A DNA stretch of 64,000 bases, from assembly GCA_963827275.1 (NCBI GenBank), contig CAWHAA010000010.1, forward strand, positions 352,001 to 416,000, written 5' to 3'. Below the pieces are notes generated by a model. It was not told where the DNA came from, ran no database searches, and worked only from the letters and a program-made list of their open reading frames with translations. The translations under genes and the position numbers were made by a program. This stretch comes from an uncultured Spirochaetota bacterium (GTDB lineage: Bacteria > Spirochaetota > UBA4802 > UBA5550). This document shows, piece by piece, positions 10,736 to 21,118 of the stretch. The stretch's first letter is position 1. Each line of letters starts with the position of its first letter.

Positions 10736-11701
10736 ATGAAAAAATTCTTATTGTTATCGGCGCTGCTGGCACTCGGCGGGGCGTCCCTGGTTCTCTATTT
10801 TAACGCGCCCCCGCCGGGCATGCGTGAAACGACATTCACCATCGAATACGGAGAATCGGTCAGGATGGTTGCGGGAAAGCTGGAACGGGGCGGGCTGGTA
10901 ACAAGCCGCGAGTTTTTCCTGCTGGCCTCCTACGCCGGCGGGCGCCGCTTCATCAGGGCGGGCAGGTACCGTATTTTTCCGGGGACGACCACGCTGGAGA
11001 TACTCAGGAAGCTCACGCGGGGCGACGTCCTTTCACGGAAGATAACCATACCGGAGGGGTTCAACCTGTACCAGATAGCCGACCGGCTCGACGCGGGAGG
11101 GATATGCGGTTCCGGCACCTTCCTGGACTATGCCGCGGATGAAGCGTTCCTCGCGACCCTGCGCATCGGCGCGGCGTCGGCCGAGGGGTACCTCTTCCCC
11201 GACACGTACACCTTCCCGGAAGCGTCGGACCCACGCGACATCATCGCCGCGATGCGCCGGCGCATGATGGGCGTGATCGGCGACCGGCCGGCATACGGTC
11301 CGGGCATGAGCCTGCATGAGATCCTCACCATGGCCTCGCTGGTGGAGAAAGAGGCAAAGGTGTACAATGAGCGGGAGCTGATATCGTCGGTGTTCCATAA
11401 CCGCCTGCGGAGAAACATGAAGCTCGACTGCGACCCGACCGTGCGCTACGCGGTGAAAAAATTCACCGGGCCGATAACCGTGAGCGACCTTAAAAGCGAA
11501 TCTCCCTATAACACCTACCGCCGCACCGGCCTCCCCCCGACCCCCATATGCTCTCCCGGGCGCGAATCGATACATGCCGCCATGTACCCGAAGAAGACCG
11601 ATTTCCTCTATTTCGTGGCTAAAAATGACGGCTCGCACCGGTTTTCAAAAACATTGAAGGAGCATAACGAGGCGGTGCAGCGGTACCAGAGGAGAAAATG
11701 A
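10736..11701 (+). CDS. mltG: Endolytic peptidoglycan transglycosylase MltG (YceG family)
   Basis: N-terminal TM helix, TIPEG, EGYLFPDTY, ASLVEKE, SVFHNRL, SPYNTY...GLPPTPICSPG and LYFVA. Confidence 0.93.
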   Translation: MKKFLLLSALLALGGASLVLYFNAPPPGMRETTFTIEYGESVRMVAGKLERGGLVTSREFFLLASYAGGRRFIRAGRYRIFPGTTTLEILRKLTRGDVLSRKITIPEGFNLYQIADRLDAGGICGSGTFLDYAADEAFLATLRIGAASAEGYLFPDTYTFPEASDPRDIIAAMRRRMMGVIGDRPAYGPGMSLHEILTMASLVEKEAKVYNERELISSVFHNRLRRNMKLDCDPTVRYAVKKFTGPITVSDLKSESPYNTYRRTGLPPTPICSPGRESIHAAMYPKKTDFLYFVAKNDGSHRFSKTLKEHNEAVQRYQRRK

Positions 11702-11770
11702 CATCATGATCATGCCATACAGTCAAACCGGGCCGCATTATTGCAGTTTAATGGACTGCCGGACTATTTC

Positions 11771-11823
11771 TTTATTGACTTTCAATAAACCTGATGATAG
11801 AGTCCCCATGGTAATCATCAGGT
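11771..11823 (+). promoter_or_regulatory. Putative sigma70 promoter overlapped by two inverted repeats
   Basis: TTGACT(11775)-N17-TAGAGT(11798) with extended TG. Inverted repeats TTTATTGA-N3-TCAATAAA and ACCTGATGAT-N15-ATCATCAGGT. Confidence 0.55.
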
Positions 11824-12004
11824 ACGGAAGGTTCAGCGGCAGGCCGGCAATCAACCGATAGTACGTGCGAAACGGTTCGGGCGTGTACGCCTTGATTCAC
11901 CTGGCAGTATGTTCAACCTGGTTAAAATAATTTTAATTCATTCGTGCTGATGGCACCTTTTCCGGGTAAACAGCCGGACACTATCACGATCATGGCATAA
12001 TCCT

Positions 12005-13540
12005 ATGAAGCTGCGCTTAAAATCGATCAGCGTCAAGATGACCCTGCTGTACCTCTTCCTGGCAATCGTGAACATGTCGATCTTCACCATCATGATCTAC
12101 GAGAACCAGATCGACCTCATTACCGAAAACAGCAAGTACCATATACGGGAGAGGACCGAATCCTTCATAGCGTCGCTGCACAAGCTGTCCGGCGAAACCG
12201 GCGATAAAAAAATATTCCGCCTCGATGACCGGGAAGAGGTCATCCGGGAGGTCTCCGCCATCATACGCAGCAAGCTGATCGGCAGCGACAGCCTTATCAT
12301 CTTCGACGAAGAGGGGACCGTCCTTCATAAATCCCGGCCCGATCTCGCGCTCGGCGCGCAGGACATCAAAAACGGCATCACCGCGATCGCCAATCTCGAC
12401 TATACCGGCCGGCAGATTTATTCAACGGTGGACGAAGAGAATTTCATCATATCATTCTATATCCCCTACAAACTTCATCTCGTGGGCGATACGATCATGC
12501 TGCTCAAGATAGAGATGCGCGATTTCAAGCGGCGGCTCTGGGACCTCTACCGCATGATAATCGTCATAGTCGTATTCCTCGCGCTGTTTCACGTCGGGTT
12601 CGCCATAATCTTTCAGCAGATGTTCATCCGGCCGATACAGGCGCTCCATGAAAAGAGCGTTGAGATCAGCAGGGGCAACCTGGGCGCCCGGTCCGACATC
12701 AAAAAAGACGATGAGATCGGCGAGCTGGGCATGGCCTTCAACAACATGGCCGATTCGATACAGGAAAAGATCATCACGCTCCAGCGTCAGCGCGACCAGA
12801 TGGAAGACGAGATGGAGGTCGCCAGCGGCGTCCAGCAGCTCATCTATCCGAAAATCATGAGCGACCGCCGGTTCAATTACGGGATATTCCACAAGTCGCT
12901 GGCCAAGGTAAGCGGCGATTATTATGATGTCATGAAGCTCGAAGACGCGCGCACCGGCTACATCCTTGTGGACGTGTCCGGGCACGGCATGCCGGCGGCC
13001 CTGGTGACCATGCTGGTCAAGGAGATCTTCAACCAGGCGGCCTCCCTGTACGACAAGCCTGACGAGCTGTTCCGTTACATGAACAGGGAGATTATCGAGC
13101 TGCTCACGAGGGAAGGCATCCACCTGGGAGTGTACTTTACCGCCATCTACATAATGATCGACCAGAAAAACGTCCTCTCCTACTGTAACGCCGGCCACGA
13201 GCAGGCCCTGGTCCTCAAATCGAACATGAAGAAGCTTGTGCCCCTTTCAGCAACCGGCGGTCCGCTCGGGATAGCCGCGATAATGGACGACCTCTACGCC
13301 ACCAGCGCGCTCAGGCTCGAGCAGGGCGATAAAATCATTCTTTTTACCGACGGGATCACCGAGGCCCGGAACCCGCAGGGCAGGGAATTCGGCATGACGG
13401 GACTGAAGGAATCCATCAGGAAGCACTTCACGGCCGGCTGCGAGCAGATGCTCGCGGGCATTACCGGCGATCTCACCGACTTTGTCGGGACAACAGGCCT
13501 GAAAGACGATGCGACGATATTCCTGATCGAGGTGAAATAG
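12005..13540 (+). CDS. Membrane sensor with HAMP and PP2C/SpoIIE (RsbU-like) phosphatase domains
   Basis: Two TM helices, DEIGELGMAFNNM (HAMP), VSGDYYD, DVSGHGMPAAL, NAGH, FTDGITEA and DDAT. Confidence 0.92.
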   Translation: MKLRLKSISVKMTLLYLFLAIVNMSIFTIMIYENQIDLITENSKYHIRERTESFIASLHKLSGETGDKKIFRLDDREEVIREVSAIIRSKLIGSDSLIIFDEEGTVLHKSRPDLALGAQDIKNGITAIANLDYTGRQIYSTVDEENFIISFYIPYKLHLVGDTIMLLKIEMRDFKRRLWDLYRMIIVIVVFLALFHVGFAIIFQQMFIRPIQALHEKSVEISRGNLGARSDIKKDDEIGELGMAFNNMADSIQEKIITLQRQRDQMEDEMEVASGVQQLIYPKIMSDRRFNYGIFHKSLAKVSGDYYDVMKLEDARTGYILVDVSGHGMPAALVTMLVKEIFNQAASLYDKPDELFRYMNREIIELLTREGIHLGVYFTAIYIMIDQKNVLSYCNAGHEQALVLKSNMKKLVPLSATGGPLGIAAIMDDLYATSALRLEQGDKIILFTDGITEARNPQGREFGMTGLKESIRKHFTAGCEQMLAGITGDLTDFVGTTGLKDDATIFLIEVK

Positions 13541-13549
13541 GCCACTTCC

Positions 13550-14926
13550 ATGACGGCTCGCTCGTATAAAACCGAATCGGTCCTCTTCCTCATAACGGTC
13601 GGCATCATCGCCCTCATGCTGTTCCTGAATGACATCAACCAGCATATCCGGATAAAGGAAGTCCGGATATACATGCAGAAGAGCAATCGCGAGGAAAACA
13701 GCATCGACCATATGGGACTGGTGATGAAGTACCAGACCCAGAAGAGGCTGTACGAAAGCCAGATCCGCCAGGACGACGCCGACCTCATCGAAATGAGAGC
13801 GCACGCGATACTCGCAGAAACCGCGGCATCCAGGAGCGTGACCATGGACCGGTACCGGTTTCTCTCCGGTCCCTCTGTTTTCATGATCAACCTGTTCAGG
13901 TCAATCATCAGCAAAGGCCCCATCAGGTACCTCACCGACGACCCGGCAAACATCTTCCTGGGAGTGGCGTATTATTACGAGCGCAACAATTCGTTTGACG
14001 GGGCCCTGCGTCTCTACTCCAGGGCGCTGAAAGAGGAGCGATACAACATGCCCGCCATCGCGGGGATCATCCTCCACCAGGGGTACTGCTACGCCATCAT
14101 GGGGAATTACCAGGTCGCCAGGAAAAAATACCTCGCCGTCATACGGGAACATGGAGACACCCGGGCGGCCTCCACGGCGGTCATCCTGCTCCGCTATCTC
14201 GAGGGATTCAGGAGCGAGATCGACCGCATCCTGAAAAAAGAAAAAGATTCGGTGGAAAAGGCGAACAAGCTGTTCACGCTCATCGCGTACCGGGACGCGC
14301 TCGCCGTTTTAAGAAGGATCGAAAAGAACGCCGCCCCCGCAGACTGGCCGAGGATCGGGTATATAAAGGGACGGTGCCTTGAAGGGCTTTCAGAGAAAGA
14401 GAAGGCGATAGACACCTATCATGATGTCGTGACGAACAGTCCCGGTTCGCCCTACTCGGCGCTCGCAAACCGGAGGATATATCTCTCGGGCGCCATGGCG
14501 ACCAACGGCGCAAAAGTGAAAGACCTGGCATCGGACAACAACCGGTCTCTTCTGGACCCGATACTCAAGAAAATGGCGGGCCTGGAAGCGAGGCTGCGCG
14601 CCGCGGGAAACGAAAAAGAGAACGCTCTCTTCTCACGGGAGCTCGCCATAGAGGAACTTCATGATCCCGTGCTCGACCTCGACAAGGTGGAATCCCTTTC
14701 CCGCACGGAGCGCGCCTCGCATCCGGAGAAAAAAATCGGCGTTCCCGGCGCTCGCGCGGCGAAGAAAAAACCGCCGGCAATCACCTACAGGATAGAAACG
14801 ACCGAGGGCAACATATTTATCGGTTCCATCAGGAAAGAGACGGCCGAGCTCATTATCATGGAGACCATGGTGGGGGACGCGACCATACCGAAAAGCAAGG
14901 TTGTGAGCAGGAAGAGGGTAAAATAG
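13550..14926 (+). CDS. Membrane-anchored TPR-like protein
   Basis: N-terminal TM helix and helical repeats (GYCYAIMGNYQVA, GRCLEGLSEKEKAIDTY). Starts 9 bp after the phosphatase gene. Confidence 0.65.
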   Translation: MTARSYKTESVLFLITVGIIALMLFLNDINQHIRIKEVRIYMQKSNREENSIDHMGLVMKYQTQKRLYESQIRQDDADLIEMRAHAILAETAASRSVTMDRYRFLSGPSVFMINLFRSIISKGPIRYLTDDPANIFLGVAYYYERNNSFDGALRLYSRALKEERYNMPAIAGIILHQGYCYAIMGNYQVARKKYLAVIREHGDTRAASTAVILLRYLEGFRSEIDRILKKEKDSVEKANKLFTLIAYRDALAVLRRIEKNAAPADWPRIGYIKGRCLEGLSEKEKAIDTYHDVVTNSPGSPYSALANRRIYLSGAMATNGAKVKDLASDNNRSLLDPILKKMAGLEARLRAAGNEKENALFSRELAIEELHDPVLDLDKVESLSRTERASHPEKKIGVPGARAAKKKPPAITYRIETTEGNIFIGSIRKETAELIIMETMVGDATIPKSKVVSRKRVK

Positions 14927-14941
14927 ACCGTTCCCGGGGAT

Positions 14942-17641
14942 CTACGGGAACTTGACGAGCGATTGGCCCGTTCTCTGATTTTCGTACTCCAGCTTTATCC
15001 AGTCGGCAGAGCGGACCACGCTGGATATGCGGACCTCGTCCATGCTGCCGTTCAGATTGAGGTTAACACTCCCCGCCCGCGATGTACTTTGAGCCCGTGG
15101 TGGAAGTGATGTGATCGGACTTACCAACCGTCATTCTTTGATATCGCCTCGCCGTTTCTGTACATCTCGACAGCTGTTGGTTGCCGTGTCGAAGGAGACG
15201 GTAATCTGCACGTATTCAGCGGGAAACAGCCAGTTCGCGAGATGAAGTGACGGTGTAATCGACGCTCCAGTAGCCACTGCCGTCAACGTAAAACCGAGCG
15301 GCACCGGTTAGTGATACCCGGTGACAAGACCCGGATAAAAATCGATATAGCCAGCCGTTCCCGGTCGGTGAAGATTTCGCGCAGAGGAAATTCTCGTACA
15401 AAGCAGTCCGAGCAGATCCGATCGTTTTATCTGACCCAGAAGCTCGCGGTCAGATTCGCCGGCTGCAAAAGGCCGCTGGTGCCCAGGTTTATCTCATCGT
15501 TTGATCCGTCAAAATCGAGGCTCTGGCCGATCTGCCCGGTCGACCAGGTCGCTCGAATCCATGCCGGTTGCAGTGCCGTGGATTGCATTAGAGGTCCTGT
15601 CGGTGATGGCGCCTGAGCCGCCCGCCGGGTTTTCGTTCATGTGATATACCGCGGCAAAGCCGTTCGATGTGCTGAACACCGCCGCCGCGTTCTGGCCGCC
15701 CGGGACCGCGTCGTTGACGGCATCGTTATAATACATGGTGATATAGGTATTGCTGTTTCCCGCGACTGAAGGCACGAGGACCCACACCTCTGCCACGTTG
15801 TTTGCCTGGTCCCACCGTTCGATCTCGTAGCTGAGCCACGCGGTGCCGCCGATGGCGCGGAACCGGAGATCATCCGCGTCGGAGCGCACCGCGTCGATGA
15901 TCGCCGCATCCGTCAAACGGATCAGCACCGGGAAGTTTGTCACCGTGCCGTTCACGTCCGCGCCTGACGGGGTCGTGTCGAGCCTGATGAGCTTCGTGGA
16001 CACAAAATCCGAAGGCAGTATCGCGCTCCTGGTTGCGTTTATGGTATAGGCAGTCGTCCCGCCGATGTACGAGGTAACGACGACCGTTATGGTGTTACTG
16101 CCGATACCCATCGGGATGCCTGCAGACGGCTGTCCGGAAGCGACCGCGGCGCCGTTCACCGTAACAGTGGCGTACGGCTCGGCCGCGGTCGGCGTTACGG
16201 TGATCGACCCTTCGGTGACTTCGGCGCTGTAGGAGGTCGTGCCCGATGAAAAGGAAGGTGAAAGCGATCCGTTCGACAGAGCGAGGCCGGCAAGGCTCGA
16301 ATTGTCCTCGTCAAGCCTGGTTATGGTCACGGTGTAGGTCTGTGACCCGACATTGGTCACTACCACGGTAATGGTGTTGACTCCGTAGTTCATGGCGATG
16401 GGGGCAGATGTCCCTCCCGAGGCGACTGTTGTCCCGTTTACCGTAATTGTGCCGACCGGCGCGAAGGGCGTTACCGTCACCGACGATACGGCCATGTCGA
16501 TAGTATCTGTGTATGTTGTCTGGGCCGAATCAAAAGACGGATTCAGCGTCACGCTTGATACGATCAGGTTTGATAAAAGCGTGCTGGTCAAATCCAGCCT
16601 GTGGACTATTACCGTATAGGTGTTTGTATCGCTCCCGTCGGCCGAGGTAACGACGACATCGATAGTATAATCCCCATCGACGGGGGTGCTGATGCTTCCG
16701 GACTGCTGTCCCGATGCTACCGGCGATCCCTCCACCGTTATGGTCGCGTAGGGGTCGTCCGCTGTCGGGGTCACGGTGATTGATGAGACCGTGGTATGGA
16801 TATTCGTATTATAACCCAGCGTACCGGGATCAAAAACCGGAGAAAGGGTCCCCGTGGACAGCACCAGGTTCGACAGGTCGGCGTTGCCCGGATCGCACTT
16901 GATTACCGTTACGGAATACGTCCGCGAAACCGACCCGTCATATGAGAGCACGTCCACGGTGATGGTGTTCTCCCCCGGGTTGAGGGGGATGTCCGGGGAC
17001 GGCTCTCCCGAGGGGACGAGCGTCCCGTTCACCCGTATCGAGGCATAGGGCTCCTCGGCGGTCGGCGTCAGGGTAATCGATGGTTCTGAAATATCGACAT
17101 AGGCCGTGTAGGTATAGTCTGAATCAGAAAAAGCCGTGTCCAGGGTCCCTGATGACAGCTCAAGATTGGCGAGGTCCGCGTTGTCCAGATCACACCTGAG
17201 CACACTGACGTCATAGGTCTTCACCAGGAGCCCGTCACCCGAGGAGACGTCCACCGTGATCATGTTTTCACCATGGGCCATGGCGATTGGACCGGTCTGC
17301 TGGCCGGAAATCCCCGGGACGCCGTTCACCAGCAGCGTGGCATTTTTTTCCACCGTGGTGGGGGTGACAGTTACAGAGGGGACGGAAATATCAATGACCG
17401 AAGTGTATGATGTCGTGCCTGACTCGAATCCCGGCGCCAGGTCCCCGGTTGAGAGCTCAAGGTTCGACAGATCCGCGGAGCCGAACTCGCCGTTGAGAAA
17501 AGCCATATAGCTTCTATCCGGCTGCATCAGCACATCCAGTCCGTCGCTGCAGCGAACGAAGAATATTGAAAGCATGAGAACTATGCAGCGTATTATCTGC
17601 GATGATGATATATTATAACTATTCATTATATTTTTATACAA
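14942..17641 (-). CDS. Surface protein with five cadherin-like beta-sandwich repeats, a DUF2341-like domain and a LamG-like C-terminus (frameshifted 3' part)
   Basis: Repeats ADLSNLxLSTGxLxPxF...GxNTITVxV. Motifs NFPVLIRL, YEIERWD, VWVLVP, AVYHMNE and GSMDEVRISSVVRSADWIKLEYENQ in broken frames at 14942-15540. Confidence 0.8.
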
Positions 17642-17819
17642 TCCCTATACGGGAAAACAGTCGGGCAGCATCATCGGTCGATTATAACCATATAATAAGA
17701 AGGCATCGGATTTATTTCAAGCCATATTTTGATGCACCAAGAAGTGGCCATAAAATAGCATATGTTAAGACGACATAATTGGCAGCGGGAGGACTCAAAC
17801 GACCGCGGCGCCGGAAATT

Positions 17820-18731
17820 TTACCATAGCCTGAATGTTATTCCAGCCGCCCCCCCTATCCCGTTAAACGCAATGTCCTTGTCCAGTATGTATATATATCG
17901 GAAGTGAATAAATAGCGCAATTATTTTGAAAGAATATTCATATCCCAGTATCCCGGCACAGGAAAAATGCACACCTTTGCTCTTTGATGAAGAATCTTCA
18001 TTTATGATATGATAATAGCCGGCGCCGGGAAGGGCTGCTATGACTATGGCCCCCCACGTATTGTCAAGCGAAGGCAAGGCCCAGATCGGGCCGGCCATGA
18101 GGAAAAACCCCGAAAGTCTGCGGGACGACTTAAAAAAGAATTTTCTCTCAAAATCGATCACGCCCGCTTCAATCCGCACGCCCGGTATGGCCATATGGCG
18201 CTTCCCGATCAGCCGTTCAAGCCCCTGGTCGTACGTGAGGTTCGCGGCAAGACCGCTGGGCACCCTGGAGTAAAGGCCGCGGGACACGATGGTGCTGTAG
18301 TATGCCGCTTCCAGACCGAGGCGGCCGTAATACCATTCATCTGACGGCGGGGACGTCCTGCTCTTCGCCTTTTTTTTCCGCTCCTCCTTCTCCCTTTCAA
18401 GCGCCTCTTCTATTTTTTTCCGTTTCAGGCCTTCCTCAATATTTTTTTTAATACTATCTTCGTTGATTGCAAGGCCCATCTTCTTCTGAATAGAGATGTC
18501 TTCCTGGTAGGATTGGGTGATATATATCTTGTCCACGGTCTCCTTTTTTACAGTAAAGGTCCCGTAAGAGTTGGCAACAACATACGTCAGGGCCGTTTCT
18601 TTTATAACCTTGCATATGAGGACCGTGCCATCGTTCAAAAAAAACGTATCGGCCCGCACCGCGATACTCCCTCCCAGGACGGTGAGGACGGCCGTGACGA
18701 AGCAGCGCATATACCTGAATTTCGTCGACAT
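17820..18731 (-). CDS. Exported protein with probable C-terminal outer-membrane beta-barrel
   Basis: Signal peptide, DTFFLNDGT N-domain, charged linker, alternating beta-strands and terminal aromatic residue (TFRLW). Confidence 0.55.
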   Translation of the reverse strand: MSTKFRYMRCFVTAVLTVLGGSIAVRADTFFLNDGTVLICKVIKETALTYVVANSYGTFTVKKETVDKIYITQSYQEDISIQKKMGLAINEDSIKKNIEEGLKRKKIEEALEREKEERKKKAKSRTSPPSDEWYYGRLGLEAAYYSTIVSRGLYSRVPSGLAANLTYDQGLERLIGKRHMAIPGVRIEAGVIDFERKFFFKSSRRLSGFFLMAGPIWALPSLDNTWGAIVIAALPGAGYYHIINEDSSSKSKGVHFSCAGILGYEYSFKIIALFIHFRYIYILDKDIAFNGIGGAAGITFRLW

Positions 18732-18872
18732 GGAGATAATAGTATCATAGCGTCTTGTAAAATCAAGCGGGATTTTTCTTTATACGATCACCGTGCGATT
18801 ATCATTCAGCGCGCCCTTGTTCCCGGCGAACCGGAAAATAACACCTCGCCGGAGACACTATATGAAGTTATT

Positions 18873-18913
18873 CAAAAGCGCACGGGGCCTTTTCCACACC
18901 CCGTGCGCTTTTG
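18873..18913. terminator. Strong hairpin downstream of the acyl-CoA operon, probable terminator
   Basis: CAAAAGCGCACGGGG-N11-CCCCGTGCGCTTTTG, a perfect 15-bp stem. Confidence 0.7.
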
Positions 18914-19032
18914 AGAGGAAGAATTTATGAAATATTAAAGCGGGGCGCCCCACCCTGCAAGACCATCTGCCGGGATCCCTGCTATCCAAGTGAAGGGCGC
19001 CAATCACATCTCCCGCTGGCCAGCAATCCCGA

Positions 19033-19413
19033 TTAATACCTCTTCGGGTATTTCAGGTCGCTCGTCTGCGTGAGCCTTTTATAGTGATAGCCGGGATTAA
19101 AATTGTGCTTTATCGAAATTGCGCCGTGCGGGCAGGCCGCGCCGCAGTCGAAGCACGCCACGCACATGGTGGCGCCTTTTTTCGTGGTCTTCACGCGGGG
19201 CTCGCCGTATTTCCCCCCTCCGGCCCTGCCGGAGAGAAGGTCCATCTTCGTTGTCGTCTCGGTAATGATACATCCCCCGGGACAGAGCTGGACGCAGATG
19301 CCGCACTGCCTGCATTTTTCCAGGTCGAAAACAAGCTCCCCCGACTGCATCTGCTTCGGCGAGTCATAGTCCGGTATCCTGATCCTGTCAAAAAAAGAGT
19401 ATGTTGTCTTCAT
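19033..19413 (-). CDS. 2x[4Fe-4S] ferredoxin-like protein
   Basis: CRQCGICVQLCP and CVACFDCGAACP. Confidence 0.9.
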   Translation of the reverse strand: MKTTYSFFDRIRIPDYDSPKQMQSGELVFDLEKCRQCGICVQLCPGGCIITETTTKMDLLSGRAGGGKYGEPRVKTTKKGATMCVACFDCGAACPHGAISIKHNFNPGYHYKRLTQTSDLKYPKRY

Positions 19414-19417
19414 GGCG

Positions 19418-20173
19418 TTATTCTCCCTGCCGAGTGTATCGTGGCGGGTCGTTGAGCCCGCGGTCGAACCATTCCACGACCTGCTCCTCGCGCGGCGCGA
19501 TCCCGTCGGCTTTCGGTTTCTGCCACCCGAGGGCGATGCACACCTCCAGCCGGTGCGGCTTCTTGATGCCGAACCGCTTTTTCCACCAGGGCAGGTACAT
19601 CAGCACCTTTATCAGGCCGATCCAGCAGGAACCGGCCCCCAGGCTGTGGGCCGCGAGCACCATGTTCTGTCCGCAGATGCCTATGTCCATCGGAGGACAT
19701 GATACTCCCCGGCTGTCCTCTACCATCAATATCAGGGTCGGGGCGCCGTGAAAGACCTTCGTTTCCCCCCTTGCTATCTGGGACATCAGCTCAAAGGGGA
19801 CCGGATGCAGCTCATTGCCGAGTATCCGGATGTAAAATTTAGCGATCGGTTTCTTTATGAGCCGCACAAGAACATTGCTCGTGGTATAATCCAGAAAAAA
19901 CATGAACACTTTAATGATGCTGACCGCGGCCTTTTCCATCGCAGCCAGGATCTCGGGGCTCTTCACCACGATGAAGCGCCATGGCTGGGAATTCCCCGCC
20001 GATGGCGCAAAACGGCCCGATTCGAGTATGCGCTCGATCATTGTATCGGGAAGCGGCTCACTTTTAAACCCGCGGATACTGCGGCGCTCCATGATGACCT
20101 TCTCCACGGGGTTCCAGGGCATCCCCTCCTGGTACTCGTACAGCGGAGACAGCTCCTCCAATTTCATGTTCAT
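19418..20173 (-). CDS. Nitroreductase-family flavoprotein
   Basis: RRSIRGF, APSAGNSQPWRF and QNMVLAAHSLGAGSCWIG. Confidence 0.92.
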   Translation of the reverse strand: MNMKLEELSPLYEYQEGMPWNPVEKVIMERRSIRGFKSEPLPDTMIERILESGRFAPSAGNSQPWRFIVVKSPEILAAMEKAAVSIIKVFMFFLDYTTSNVLVRLIKKPIAKFYIRILGNELHPVPFELMSQIARGETKVFHGAPTLILMVEDSRGVSCPPMDIGICGQNMVLAAHSLGAGSCWIGLIKVLMYLPWWKKRFGIKKPHRLEVCIALGWQKPKADGIAPREEQVVEWFDRGLNDPPRYTRQGE

Positions 20174-20241
20174 CCTCCCCCTCCTGTTAGATTGTTATAT
20201 CGCCATGCCATCAATAATAATAACCAACTCCGTACCGGGCG

Positions 20242-21099
20242 TTACCCGTTCAATTCTTCTTTTGACATCCCCAGGTACGTTGCGAACAGGCCCCTGGAAT
20301 ACACAAATGTCAGCACCTTGAAATACATCTCAGGAAAGAAACGCTTGCTGAACCAGATGAATTTCCCGTCAAGCTGTTTGATGCGGTACATCCGGTTTTT
20401 CTCAATGCCCCTGATCGCGTGGCGCGCGACCTTATCCGCGCTAGTGAGCGATTTCTCGAAAAATTTCTCCGCTATCACTTTCTGCCGCTCGTCCGAGGTA
20501 TACGCCCCGACCATGAGGTTCGTCGGGAAAAAGGTGGGGCACACGGCGGTCACCCCGATATTGCTCGACGAAAGCTCGGACCTGAGCGTCTCGGATGCCG
20601 AGATGACCGCCGCCTTGGTCACGTTGTACCCGCCGAACTCGGGTAGCGAGGCAATGCCGGCGTTTGACGCGATATTGAGGATGTAGCCGCCGCCCTGCTC
20701 CTTGAAAAGCGGGATGAATGCGCGCGCGCCGTATATGACGCTTTTTAGATTCACGTCGATGATCCAGTCCCATTTTTCAACCGGTATCTTCTCAAACCAT
20801 CCGACCGACACCACCCCGGCGTTGTTGACGAGGATATCAACTCCGCCCCATGCTTCCTTCACCGTCTCCCGGGCCTTTTCCAGGTCCGCCGGATCCGCGA
20901 CATCGCACGGTATTTCAAGCGGCTCGCCGCCTGCCTGCGTCACCATGCGCGCCGATTCATGCATCGTTTTCGGATTAATCTCGGCGATCGCGACCTTCCA
21001 CCCCCTCTTCGCGAACTCGAGGGAGAGTGCGCGCCCGAGGCCGCTGCCCGCCCCCGTTATGATGACTCTCTTCCCGGGGAACCTTTTTTCCAGTTTCAT
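20242..21099 (-). CDS. Short-chain dehydrogenase/reductase
   Basis: TGAGSGLG, NNAG and YNVTK. Start moved to MKLEKRF. Confidence 0.92.
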   Translation of the reverse strand: MKLEKRFPGKRVIITGAGSGLGRALSLEFAKRGWKVAIAEINPKTMHESARMVTQAGGEPLEIPCDVADPADLEKARETVKEAWGGVDILVNNAGVVSVGWFEKIPVEKWDWIIDVNLKSVIYGARAFIPLFKEQGGGYILNIASNAGIASLPEFGGYNVTKAAVISASETLRSELSSSNIGVTAVCPTFFPTNLMVGAYTSDERQKVIAEKFFEKSLTSADKVARHAIRGIEKNRMYRIKQLDGKFIWFSKRFFPEMYFKVLTFVYSRGLFATYLGMSKEELNG

Positions 21100-21118
21100 G
21101 CACTGTACCCTCTCTGTT

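Noticed and set aside
11817..11840. SRP RNA-like motif TCAGGTACGGAAGGTTCAGC
   Set aside because: The bases flanking GGAA do not pair, the AGCAG element is absent and no long enclosing helix was seen.
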